From contig DASRGI010000190.1 in the NCBI GenBank assembly GCA_035651095.1, positions 2,941 to 66,940 on the forward strand: DNA of 64,000 bases, written 5' to 3'. Below the pieces are notes generated by a model. The model was not told where the DNA came from and ran no database searches. It worked only from the letters and a program-made list of their open reading frames with translations. The stretch's first letter is position 1; each line of letters begins with the position of its first letter. A program made the translations under genes and the position numbers. Source of the DNA: Acidimicrobiales bacterium (lineage in GTDB: Bacteria; Actinomycetota; Acidimicrobiia; Acidimicrobiales; JAUTXP01). Of this stretch, positions 55,484 to 64,000 are shown in pieces.

Positions 55484-57118
55484 ATGAAGCAACGTGCCCT
55501 GGTCCGGCCCAGGTCGTTCGTGTGCCTGGTCGTGGCGGTCCTGGCCCTGGTGGCGGCCGCGTGCAGCAGCGGTAGCAAGGGCGTCAGCAGCAGCGGCGGC
55601 TCGGGTGGCGCGGCGGGGCCGCCCAAGGCCGGGGGCCGGGTGATCATGGCCACCGAGGCGGAGATCGACGGGTTCGATCCCACCAAGAACCGCTTCGATG
55701 TCACCGGTCTCACCTACGCCGAGACGGTGTACGACCCGCTGGCCGCCTACGGCAAGGACGGCAAGGTGCACCCGTACCTGGCCCAGTCCATCGACCACAA
55801 CGCCGAGTACACGGTGTGGACCATCAAGCTGCGCCCGGGCGTGCTGTTCCACGACGGGTCGCCCCTCACATCCGACGCGGTGAAGGCCAACCTCGACGGC
55901 CACCGGAAGTCACCGCTCACCAGCCCCGCCATCGCGTCCATCGCCTCGGTCGACAAGGTCGATGACCTCACGGTGAACGTCACCATGAAGGAGCCGTGGG
56001 TCGCCTTCCCCACCTACCTCACCGGGCAGATCGGGTACGTGGCCTCGCCCAAGACGCTGGCGGACCCCAACGGGTCGCGCAACCCCATTGGCACGGGCCC
56101 GTTCAAGTTCAAGGAGTGGGTGCCGGGCAACCACTTCGTGGCCGTCAAGAACCCGAACTACTGGCAGAAGGGCCTGCCCTACCTCGACGAGGTGGAGTAC
56201 CGGCCCATCGTGGAGGTGCAGTCCCGAGCGTCGAGCCTGAAGGCGGGCACGGTCGACCTCATCCACACCACCGACCCCGACACCATCGTCGACCTGCGCA
56301 AGGCCAAGGGCGTCTCGGTCATCGACGACCTGAAGAGCCCGGGCGAGCACGAAGAGGGCTTCTTCATGCTCAACACCCTCAAGCCCCCGCTCGACGACGT
56401 GCGGGTGCGCCGGGCCCTGGCCGCTGCCACCGACCGGCGCAAGATCGTGAACACCGTGTACGCCGGGCTGCCCCCCGACTCCACCGGCCCGTTCGACGCC
56501 AACTCGCCGTACCACGCCGACACCGGCTACCCGGACTACGACCTGGCCAAGGCCAAGTCGCTGGTGGCCGAGTACGAGAAGGACAAAGGCAAGATCTCCT
56601 TCGAGTTGGGCACCACCAACTCGGCCAAGAACCTGCAGGTGGTCCAGCTCGTGCAGGACATGTGGAAGCAGGCGGGCATCACCACCACCATCAAGCAGGT
56701 GGAGCAGAGCTCGTTCATCCTCAACGCGCTGGTGGGCAACTACGGCGCCTACCTGTGGCGCCAGTTCGGCGAGCCCGACCCCGATGCCGACGTGATCTGG
56801 TGGAGCTCGCAGACCGCCCGGCCCTTGGGCGAGCTGTCGTTAAACTTCGCTCGCAACAAGGACCCCCAGATCGACGCTGCCCTCCGGCAGGGCCGCCAGT
56901 CGGCCGACCCGGCCCAGCGCAAGGCCGCCTACCAGGCCATCGCCAGGCGCTTCGCCGAGGACGTGCCCTACGTGTGGGTGAACACCGACGTGTGGGCGGT
57001 GGCCTCCAAGCCCGCCGTGCAGGGGGTCACCACGTGGACCCTGCCCGATGGCTCGGCGGGTATCGACTCGCTCCTGTCGGGCCGGTTCATGCTGTCGCAC
57101 GTGTGGCTGAACAAGTGA
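55484..57118 (+). CDS. ABC transporter substrate-binding lipoprotein, family 5 (peptide/nickel type)
   Basis: Lipobox LVAAAC and a Gly/Ser linker. The sequence is typical of DppA/OppA-like proteins (NPNYWQKGLPYLDEVEY). Confidence 0.85.
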   Translation: MKQRALVRPRSFVCLVVAVLALVAAACSSGSKGVSSSGGSGGAAGPPKAGGRVIMATEAEIDGFDPTKNRFDVTGLTYAETVYDPLAAYGKDGKVHPYLAQSIDHNAEYTVWTIKLRPGVLFHDGSPLTSDAVKANLDGHRKSPLTSPAIASIASVDKVDDLTVNVTMKEPWVAFPTYLTGQIGYVASPKTLADPNGSRNPIGTGPFKFKEWVPGNHFVAVKNPNYWQKGLPYLDEVEYRPIVEVQSRASSLKAGTVDLIHTTDPDTIVDLRKAKGVSVIDDLKSPGEHEEGFFMLNTLKPPLDDVRVRRALAAATDRRKIVNTVYAGLPPDSTGPFDANSPYHADTGYPDYDLAKAKSLVAEYEKDKGKISFELGTTNSAKNLQVVQLVQDMWKQAGITTTIKQVEQSSFILNALVGNYGAYLWRQFGEPDPDADVIWWSSQTARPLGELSLNFARNKDPQIDAALRQGRQSADPAQRKAAYQAIARRFAEDVPYVWVNTDVWAVASKPAVQGVTTWTLPDGSAGIDSLLSGRFMLSHVWLNK

Positions 57119-57209
57119 CGGTGCACGCCCCCCGGCGTTCTCTGGCAATCCAGCGCCATCGACGGCGCTCAGTTGCACCAGGACCAGCGGCAGGGGGAGC
57201 GCGCCCGGC

Positions 57210-58169
57210 GTGAGCGGTCGGTTCATCGGCAGGAAGGTGCTCCAGCTCGTTCCCGTGCTGTTCGCGGTGTCGGCCCTGTCCTTCCTGCTGCTGAACCTGT
57301 TGCCGGGCGACCCCACCGTCGCCATCCTCGGGCCCAGCGCCACCACCGAGGCCCGGGTCCGGCTGCGCCACGAGCTCCACCTCGACCGGCCCCTCGTCAC
57401 CCGGTACGTCCATTGGGTGGGCCAGACCGCCACCGGCGACCTGGGCAAGTCGTACGTGAGCGGCCAGCCCACCACCGAGGCGCTGCGCCAGCGGCTGCCC
57501 GTGACGCTCGAGCTACTGGCGCTCAGCCAGTTGCTCGCCCTGGTGCTGGCCGTGCCCCTCGCCCTGCTGGCTGCCCGGCGGCCCGGTGCCCTGCTCGACC
57601 GGGTGTCCACCAGCGCCGCCTTCGGGTTCCTGGCCGTGCCCAACTTCATGCTGGGCGTGCTGCTCGTGTACCTCTTCGCCGTGCGCTTCCGGTTCTTCCC
57701 GGCCACGGGGTACACGGCCCTCACGGAGAACCCGGCGTCCAACCTGCGTTCCCTCGTCCTGCCCAGCTTCACGTTGGGTGTGGCCGAGCTGGCCGTCTAC
57801 CTGCGCCTGTTGCGCAGCGACCTCATCGCCACGCTGGCGCAGGACTACATCGCCATGGCCAAGGCCAAGGGCCTGCCGGCCTGGCAGGTGCTCCTGCGCC
57901 ACGCCTTGCGCCCTTCCACCTTCTCGCTGGTGACGGTGGCCGGGCTCAACCTGGGCCGGCTCGTGGGCGGTGCCTTCGTGGTCGAGTACCTGTTCTCGCT
58001 GCCGGGCATCGGCGCCCTCACCGTGGAGTCCATCTTCAAGCGGGACTACGTGGTGGTCCAGGGCACGGTGCTGCTCGTTGCCGTGGGCTACGTGCTCGCC
58101 AACTTCCTCGTCGACCTCCTCTACGGGATCCTCGATCCCCGCGTCCGCCATGTCCGAGCTGCTCACTGA
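57210..58169 (+). CDS. ABC permease (DppB-like)
   Basis: 319 aa, with LPGDPTVAILGP and the EAA-loop region. Confidence 0.85.
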   Translation: MSGRFIGRKVLQLVPVLFAVSALSFLLLNLLPGDPTVAILGPSATTEARVRLRHELHLDRPLVTRYVHWVGQTATGDLGKSYVSGQPTTEALRQRLPVTLELLALSQLLALVLAVPLALLAARRPGALLDRVSTSAAFGFLAVPNFMLGVLLVYLFAVRFRFFPATGYTALTENPASNLRSLVLPSFTLGVAELAVYLRLLRSDLIATLAQDYIAMAKAKGLPAWQVLLRHALRPSTFSLVTVAGLNLGRLVGGAFVVEYLFSLPGIGALTVESIFKRDYVVVQGTVLLVAVGYVLANFLVDLLYGILDPRVRHVRAAH

Positions 58170-59031
58170 AGCGGCCGCCGTCTCGGCCGGCGGGTCGGCC
58201 GAGGACGTGGCCGCCCGGCGGAAGCTGCCCGTGCTCTTCTGGGTGTCCCTCGGCTGGCTGGTGCTCGTCGCCGTGCTGGCGGTGGTGGCCGGGGTCCTGC
58301 CCCTGCCCCGGCCCACGGAGACGGGGGCGGGTCCGGCCCGCATGGGACCGAGCGCCCAGCACTGGCTGGGGACCGACAGCCTGGGCCGGGACATGCTCTC
58401 CCGCACGATCTACGGGGCGCGGGTGTCGCTGCTGGTCGGCTTCACGTCCATCGCCGCCGGCCTGCTGGTGGGCGGCACCATCGGGGTGCTGGCCGGGTAC
58501 TACCGGGGTCGCTTCGAGACCGTCGCCATGGGGGCCATGGACGTGCTCCTCGCCTTTCCTTCGCTGGTGTTCGCCCTCGCTCTGGTGAGCTTCCTCGGGC
58601 CCCGGCTGAGCACGGTGATCCTGGCCATCGGCGTGCTGTCGGTGGCGCCCATCGCCCGTGTCGTGCGGGCCAGCACGCTCACGTTCGCCCAGCGGGAGTT
58701 CGTCCTCGCCGCTCGCACGGTCGGCGCCAAGAACCGGCGCATCATCGTGAGCGAGATCCTGCCCAACGTCGTACCCGCCGCCCTCTCCTTCGCCTTGGTC
58801 GCGGTGGCCGTGGCCATCGTGGCCGAGGGAGCGCTGTCGTTCCTCGGCTTGTCGGTGGCGGCCCCCACGGCCACGTGGGGCTCGATGATCAACGAGGGAC
58901 GCACGCTGCTGCAGGAGGCGCCCCACATCAGCTTCGTGCCGTCGGCCGCCATGTTCCTCACCGTGCTGGCCCTGAACTTCGCGGGCGACGCCCTGCAGGC
59001 CCGCTTCGACGTGCGGGAGGGCCGGCTGTGA
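58150..59031 (+). CDS. ABC permease (DppC-like)
   Basis: Internal ATG of ORF 57970..59031. Contains HWLGTDSLGRDMLSR. Confidence 0.85.
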   Translation: MSELLTEAAAVSAGGSAEDVAARRKLPVLFWVSLGWLVLVAVLAVVAGVLPLPRPTETGAGPARMGPSAQHWLGTDSLGRDMLSRTIYGARVSLLVGFTSIAAGLLVGGTIGVLAGYYRGRFETVAMGAMDVLLAFPSLVFALALVSFLGPRLSTVILAIGVLSVAPIARVVRASTLTFAQREFVLAARTVGAKNRRIIVSEILPNVVPAALSFALVAVAVAIVAEGALSFLGLSVAAPTATWGSMINEGRTLLQEAPHISFVPSAAMFLTVLALNFAGDALQARFDVREGRL

Positions 59032-60020
59032 CCCCCCTCCTTGAGGTGGTCGACCTCGTCACCCACTTCGTGACCGAGCGGGGCCTGGCCCGCGCCGTCG
59101 ACGGCGTGTCGCTGACGGTGGAGCGGGGGCGCACGCTGGGCATCGTGGGCGAGTCGGGCTCGGGCAAGACGGTGCTGGCCCGGTCGATCATGGGCCTGCT
59201 GCCCCGGGCCGGCGTGCGCCGGGGCGGGAAGGTGCTGTTCGAGGGGCAGGACCTGCTGGGCCTGTCCGACCGCGACCTGCGCGACATCTGGGGCGCCGAG
59301 ATCGCCATGGTGTTCCAGGACCCGATGACCTCGCTCAACCCGGTGGTGCGGATCGGGCGCCAGATCACCGAGTCCTTGCGCCACCACCTCCAGTTGGGCA
59401 AGGCCGCAGCCCGGGCCCGGGCCATCGACCTGCTGGCGTCGGTGGGCATTCCCGAGCCCGCCCGCCGGTTTGACCAGTACCCGCACGAACTGTCGGGCGG
59501 CATGCGCCAGCGGGTCACCATCGCCATCGCTCTCGCGTGCGGGCCCAAGCTGCTCCTGGCCGACGAGCCCACCACCGCGCTGGACGTCACCGTCCAATCG
59601 CAGATCCTCGACCTGCTCCAGGCCCAGCAACGGGAGCGGTCGATGGCCATGATCCTGGTCACCCATGACCTCGGCGTGGTGGCCGGCCGCACCGACGAGA
59701 TCGCGGTGATGTACGCAGGCAAGGTCGTGGAGCGGGCGCCCACGCACACGCTGTTCACCGAGATGCGCATGCCGTACACGGAATCGCTGCTGGCGTCCAT
59801 CCCCCGGATCGAGCAGCCCAGCCACACCCGGCTGCGGGCCATCACCGGGCGCCCGCCCGACCTCGTGCACCCGCCCACCGGATGCCGCTTCGCCGCCCGG
59901 TGCCCGTATGCCCAACCCCGGTGCGTGGAGGAGGAGCCGCCGCTGATGCCCGCGCCCACGCCCGGCCACCACTACGCCTGCTGGTACCCGGTCGGGGACC
60001 CGGCCGTGCGGGCCGGCTGA
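59028..60020 (+). CDS. ABC ATP-binding protein (DppD-like)
   Basis: Walker [10 protein letters not shown], signature LSGGMRQR, and a C-terminal oligopeptide-type extension with [10 protein letters not shown]. Confidence 0.9.
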   Translation: MTPLLEVVDLVTHFVTERGLARAVDGVSLTVERGRTLGIVGESGSGKTVLARSIMGLLPRAGVRRGGKVLFEGQDLLGLSDRDLRDIWGAEIAMVFQDPMTSLNPVVRIGRQITESLRHHLQLGKAAARARAIDLLASVGIPEPARRFDQYPHELSGGMRQRVTIAIALACGPKLLLADEPTTALDVTVQSQILDLLQAQQRERSMAMILVTHDLGVVAGRTDEIAVMYAGKVVERAPTHTLFTEMRMPYTESLLASIPRIEQPSHTRLRAITGRPPDLVHPPTGCRFAARCPYAQPRCVEEEPPLMPAPTPGHHYACWYPVGDPAVRAG

Positions 60021-61111
60021 TGGCGGGGAGCGGCACGGCCCACCTCCGGGCCGAGGGCGACGCCCTGCTGCGAGTCGAGCATCTGGTCGTGGAGTTCCCG
60101 GTGGGTCCCGCCCGCCGGGGCCGGGTCGTGCACGCCGTGTCCGACGTGAGCTTCGACGTGCTGCCGGGGGAGACGCTGGGACTGGTGGGCGAGTCGGGCT
60201 GCGGGAAATCGACCACCGGGCGGGCCATCATGCAGTTGCCCCGGCCCACAGCGGGGTCGGTGCGCTTCGACGGCGAGGAGCTCACGCACCTCAGCGGTGA
60301 GGTCCTGCGCCGAGTGCGGCCCCGGATGCAGATGATCTTCCAGGACCCCATCTCGTCGCTGAACCCCCGGCGCCCGGTGGGCGACATCGTGGCCGAGCCC
60401 TTGCGGGTGTGGGGTTCCGACGGCGGCGACGCCGGCCGGGAGGCCGCCGTGCGCCAGGTGCTCGACGACGTGGGCCTCGACTACGACAGCGCCGCCGGGC
60501 GCCGGCCCCACGAGTTCTCGGGCGGGCAGTGCCAACGCATCAGCATCGCCCGGGCCCTGGTCCTCAACCCCAAGCTGCTGATCTGCGACGAGCCCGTGTC
60601 CGCCCTCGACGTGTCCGTGCAGGCCCAGATCCTCAACCTGCTGGAGGACATGAAGGCCCGCTACGGGCTCACCGTGCTGTTCATCGCCCACGATCTGGCC
60701 GTGGTCAAGAACGTGAGCGACCGCATCGCCGTGATGTACCTGGGCAAGCTCTGCGAGGTCGCGCCCAGCGACGAGCTGTACCGGGCGCCCGCCCACCCGT
60801 ACACGGCCGTGCTGTTGGCCTCCATCCCCGCGCCCGACCCCGACGTCCGGCCCGGCATGGCCGGCGGCGCCGCCCGTGCCGCCCTGTCGGGCGAGCTGCC
60901 CTCACCGGTCGACCCCCCGTCCGGCTGCCGCTTCCGCACCCGCTGCCCCCGGGCCGAGGAGCGCTGCGCGGCCGAAGAGCCGGTGCTGCGAGAGGTGGGC
61001 GACGACCACTGGGTCGCCTGTCACTTCCCCCTGGGCCACACCGCCCGGTTGGCGGCGTCCGGAATGCGGTGGGACCCGGGTGGTGTTGGTCCCCGTCGTG
61101 CCGACGATTGA
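60020..61111 (+). CDS. ABC ATP-binding protein (DppF-like)
   Basis: Walker [10 protein letters not shown], signature FSGGQCQR, and [10 protein letters not shown]. Confidence 0.9.
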   Translation: MAGSGTAHLRAEGDALLRVEHLVVEFPVGPARRGRVVHAVSDVSFDVLPGETLGLVGESGCGKSTTGRAIMQLPRPTAGSVRFDGEELTHLSGEVLRRVRPRMQMIFQDPISSLNPRRPVGDIVAEPLRVWGSDGGDAGREAAVRQVLDDVGLDYDSAAGRRPHEFSGGQCQRISIARALVLNPKLLICDEPVSALDVSVQAQILNLLEDMKARYGLTVLFIAHDLAVVKNVSDRIAVMYLGKLCEVAPSDELYRAPAHPYTAVLLASIPAPDPDVRPGMAGGAARAALSGELPSPVDPPSGCRFRTRCPRAEERCAAEEPVLREVGDDHWVACHFPLGHTARLAASGMRWDPGGVGPRRADD

Positions 61112-61451
61112 GCTGACCAAGGACAACCTCGAAGGGACGCTGCAGAACAACGCCATCGTCTTCATCGACTTCTGGGCCGCCTGGTGCGGGCCGTGCCGCA
61201 CGTTCGCCCCCATCTTCGAGGCGGCGGCCGAGCGCAACCCCGACATCGTGTTCGGCAAGGTGGATACCGAAGCGCAGCAGGAGCTGGCGGCGGCCTTCAA
61301 CGTCATGTCCATCCCCACCCTCACGATCTTCAAGGAGGGCATCGGCGTGTTCTCCCAGCCCGGCGCCCTTCCCACGCAGGTGCTCGACGACCTGGTCGGC
61401 AAGGTGCGGGAGCTCGACATGGACGAGGTGCGCGCCGCCCTCCAGGATTGA
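61098..61451 (+). CDS. Thioredoxin
   Basis: WCGPC active site ([14 protein letters not shown]). GTG 61098 was chosen among several in-frame GTG/TTG codons. It overlaps the dppF-like 3' end. Confidence 0.85.
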   Translation: MPTIELTKDNLEGTLQNNAIVFIDFWAAWCGPCRTFAPIFEAAAERNPDIVFGKVDTEAQQELAAAFNVMSIPTLTIFKEGIGVFSQPGALPTQVLDDLVGKVRELDMDEVRAALQD

Positions 61452-61496
61452 GGCCTGGCAGTTGACAGCACGGCGCAAAAGGCGTGGACTCGGCGT

Positions 61497-61943
61497 GTGG
61501 ACGACGATGGCCGGGCCGATTCGCTGCGCAACGTCAGAACCCGTCGGGAGGAGCTGCGCACGGCGATGATCGGGCTCGAGCAGGCGGTGACGGCACCGGG
61601 CGGAACCGATCCCGCGGCGTGGTCGCGGCGGGCCGGGGCGGCGGCCGACTCCCTGCAGGTCGCCTTCGACAAGCACGTCGAGGCCACCGAGCGGCCGGAC
61701 GGCTTCCTCGACTCGGTGGTGGCCGACGCCCCCCGGTTGGCCCACGCCTGCGACCAGTTGCGGGACGAGCACATCGAGCTGGCCAAGCAACTGGCGGCAC
61801 TGGGCGACGCCGCCCAGACGGCCAGTCGTGAGGCGGTGCTGGCCGACGCCATCGAGGTCCTGTCCGCGCTCACCCGGCACCGCCACCGCGGCGCCGATCT
61901 GGTGTATGAGGCCTACTCGGTCGACATCGCCGCCAGCGACTGA
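61497..61943 (+). CDS. Hypothetical helical protein
   Basis: 148-aa ORF with balanced composition and no motif recognised. Confidence 0.45.
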   Translation: MDDDGRADSLRNVRTRREELRTAMIGLEQAVTAPGGTDPAAWSRRAGAAADSLQVAFDKHVEATERPDGFLDSVVADAPRLAHACDQLRDEHIELAKQLAALGDAAQTASREAVLADAIEVLSALTRHRHRGADLVYEAYSVDIAASD

Positions 61944-62001
61944 GCCGGCCGAGCAGGCGGGCAACCCGGGCAACCAGGAGCCGGCCGGCCCGGCGGACGG
62001 C

Positions 62002-62619
62002 ATGGTGCCCCGCCTGGGCGCCATCGTGCCCCGGCTGGTGGTCGCCGGCGTCCTCCCCGTCGTTGGCTATGCCCTCCTTCGCCCCCACCTCCCGTCGGAC
62101 GCGGCCGGCCTGGCCCTGATCACCGTCTTCCCCGTGGGCGAGATCGCCTTCGAGCGGGCCCGCCACGGGCGCTTCGATCCCATCGGCGTGATCGCCCTCG
62201 TCGGCATCGTCGCCGGCCTCGCGGGCGCGGTGCTCCTCCGGGGCGACGCCACGCTGCTGAAGGTCCGGGAGTCGCTCGTCACCGGGCTGTTCGGTGCCAT
62301 CTGCCTGGCCTCGCTCGGGGCCCGGCGCCCCGTCATGTTCCTGCTGGCCCGGTCCTTTTCCACCGGCGGCGACCCGAAGAAGGCGGCCGAGTTCGACGCC
62401 ATCTGGGACCTCGATGGCGTCCCTGCCCGCTTCCGTTTCATCACCGCCCTGTGGGGTGTCGCCCTCGTCGGCGAGGCCGTGGTCCGCACGGCGCTGGCCC
62501 TGGCCGCCCCCACCACCACCTTCCTGGTGGTGTCGCCCGTCCTCAACTGGGGCGTCATCGGCGGGTTGCTCTGGTACACCCGGGGCTTCGCCCGGCGCCA
62601 GAGCAGCCGATACGCCTGA
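62002..62619 (+). CDS. Integral membrane protein (about 5-6 TM), function unknown
   Basis: Internal ATG of ORF 61828..62619. Hydrophobic helices throughout. Confidence 0.55.
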   Translation: MVPRLGAIVPRLVVAGVLPVVGYALLRPHLPSDAAGLALITVFPVGEIAFERARHGRFDPIGVIALVGIVAGLAGAVLLRGDATLLKVRESLVTGLFGAICLASLGARRPVMFLLARSFSTGGDPKKAAEFDAIWDLDGVPARFRFITALWGVALVGEAVVRTALALAAPTTTFLVVSPVLNWGVIGGLLWYTRGFARRQSSRYA

Positions 62620-62667
62620 CTTCTCCAATCCGCGCGCGGTTGCTGCCCGTCTGTCACCCTCGTCGGG

Positions 62668-64000
62668 ATGAATCAGCAGGAGGAGGTGTACCGGCTCACG
62701 GTCGAGACGTCGAGCGACGCCTTCGTGGGCGTCACCTCGGACGGCCTCATCACCGACTGGAACGGGGCCGCCGAGGGCATGTTCGGCTGGCGCCGGTCCG
62801 AGGTCATGGGCCGGGACATGGCCAGCTTGATCATCCCCAAGCGCTACCGCACCGCCCACAACCGGGGCGTGCGTCGGGTCACCGCCACCGGGCAGAGTTC
62901 GGTGCTGGCCCACGGCCGCCGGGAGCTGGTGGCCCTGCGCCGCAGCGGCGAGGAGTTCCCCATCGAGCTGTCGGTGTCGGCCGTGCCCGCCGGGGACGAG
63001 GTGTGCTTCAAGGCCTTCATCCGCGACATCAGCGAGCGTCGCCAGGCCGAGGCCCAGATGGCCAGGCAGGCCCTGACCGACGTCCTGACCGGCCTGCCCA
63101 ACCGCACCCTGTTCATGGACCGCCTCAGCCGGGCCATGAGCCGCCTCGGCCGGGCCGACCAGCTCGTGGCCGTGCTGTTCATCGACCTCGACCGTTTCAA
63201 GCTGGTGAACGACAGCCTGGGCCACCGGGCCGGCGACCAGCTCCTGCTGGCCGTGGCCGCCCGCATCCGGGGTGCCGTGCGGCCCAGCGACACCGTGGCC
63301 CGGTTCGGGGGCGACGAGTTCGTGGTCCTGTGCGAGGAGCTGGACTCCGAGGCCGACGTGGTCCACATCGCCGAGCGCCTGTCCGAGGGCCTGGCCGCCC
63401 CCCTGGTGCTCGACGGCCGTCAGGTCTACCCGTCGGCCAGCGTGGGCATCGCTCTCACCTCCGACGGCGCCACCGGCAGCGAGGCCATGGTCAGGGACGC
63501 CGACGCCGCCATGTACCTGGCCAAGGACCGGGGCCGGTCCCGCTACGAGATCTTCGACGCCGAGATGCGCCAGCGGTCCCTGGCCCGGCTCGACCTCGAG
63601 GCCGACCTGCGCCGGGCCATCGAGCGGGACGAACTGGACGTCTGGTACCAGCCCGTGGTCTCCCTGGACGACGAGCGGGTGTCGGGTCTGGAGGCGCTGG
63701 TCCGCTGGGACCACCCCGCCCGGGGGCTCCTGCTGCCCGGCGAGTTCGTGGGCGTGGCCGAGGAGACGGGGCTCATCGCCGGCCTGGGCCGCCGGGTGCT
63801 GCAACGGGCGGCAGCCGACGTGGGCCGGTGGCGGGCGGCCGGGTGCCTGCCCGGCAGCGAGAACGGCGCCGACCCGTTCGTCCTGTCCGTCAACCTCTCG
63901 GGCCGGGAGCTGTGCCAGCCCGACCTGCTGGCCATGGTGCAAGACGCCCTGGCCGGCGCGGCCGAGGGCGGGCCCACGTTCTGCGTGGAGATCACCGAGT
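62668..64000 (+). CDS. PAS-GGDEF-EAL protein, 3'-truncated by the window end
   Basis: My own translation from ATG 62668 gives MNQQEEVYRLTVETSSDAFVGV... (PAS), then RFGGDEFVV (GGDEF) and EALVRW (EAL). The frame is open to the window edge. Confidence 0.85.
   Translation, partial: MNQQEEVYRLTVETSSDAFVGVTSDGLITDWNGAAEGMFGWRRSEVMGRDMASLIIPKRYRTAHNRGVRRVTATGQSSVLAHGRRELVALRRSGEEFPIELSVSAVPAGDEVCFKAFIRDISERRQAEAQMARQALTDVLTGLPNRTLFMDRLSRAMSRLGRADQLVAVLFIDLDRFKLVNDSLGHRAGDQLLLAVAARIRGAVRPSDTVARFGGDEFVVLCEELDSEADVVHIAERLSEGLAAPLVLDGRQVYPSASVGIALTSDGATGSEAMVRDADAAMYLAKDRGRSRYEIFDAEMRQRSLARLDLEADLRRAIERDELDVWYQPVVSLDDERVSGLEALVRWDHPARGLLLPGEFVGVAEETGLIAGLGRRVLQRAAADVGRWRAAGCLPGSENGADPFVLSVNLSGRELCQPDLLAMVQDALAGAAEGGPTFCVEITE

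Noticed and set aside
61870-63942. 690-aa minus-strand ORF
   Set aside because: It is antisense to the membrane-protein gene and to the PAS-GGDEF-EAL gene. That gene is absent from the track, probably because it runs off the window end, but it translates cleanly from ATG 62668.

Overview
A 64-kb, about 70% GC window. It is probably Actinomycetota, judged from a mycothiol-dependent DinB-type enzyme, an F420-type LLM oxidoreductase, furA-katG, and an IdeR/DtxR-like iron box. Coding density is high and many genes overlap start to stop. No rRNA, CRISPR array, intact mobile element or recognisable defence system was seen.

Layout:
- 0-13 kb: transporters and regulators mixed with several gene remnants. 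These are a tRNA 3' fragment, an integrase fragment, GNAT-like, MurJ-like and PPOX-like stubs, and a frameshifted short UvrA paralog.
- 13-19.8 kb: furA-katG, a CoA-binding protein, and an Asp-box propeller overlapping a MoaD/ThiS-like gene.
- 19.9-24.2 kb: an FTR1 iron-permease operon behind an iron box. It also encodes a lone hydantoinase-A-like protein.
- 25.7-47.1 kb: a large CoA-dependent catabolic cluster. It holds PaaABCD-like epoxidase genes with no PaaE, a MenB/BadI-like crotonase, SDRs, a MaoC pair, thiolase, ligases, ACAD, ALDH and a Liv-type ABC importer. A recurring palindrome, TCGATTGATCAATCGA, sits at its promoters.
- 47-51 kb: c-di-GMP and MEDS/anti-sigma-type signalling genes.
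- 51.8-55.4 kb: the most unusual locus. MauD/MauE-like genes accompany a Tat-signal, 22-cysteine, MauA-like protein fused to five 40-aa repeats.
- 55.5-64 kb: a peptide-type ABC importer, a thioredoxin, and a partial PAS-GGDEF-EAL gene.

All family assignments come from reading motifs by eye. No database search was run.
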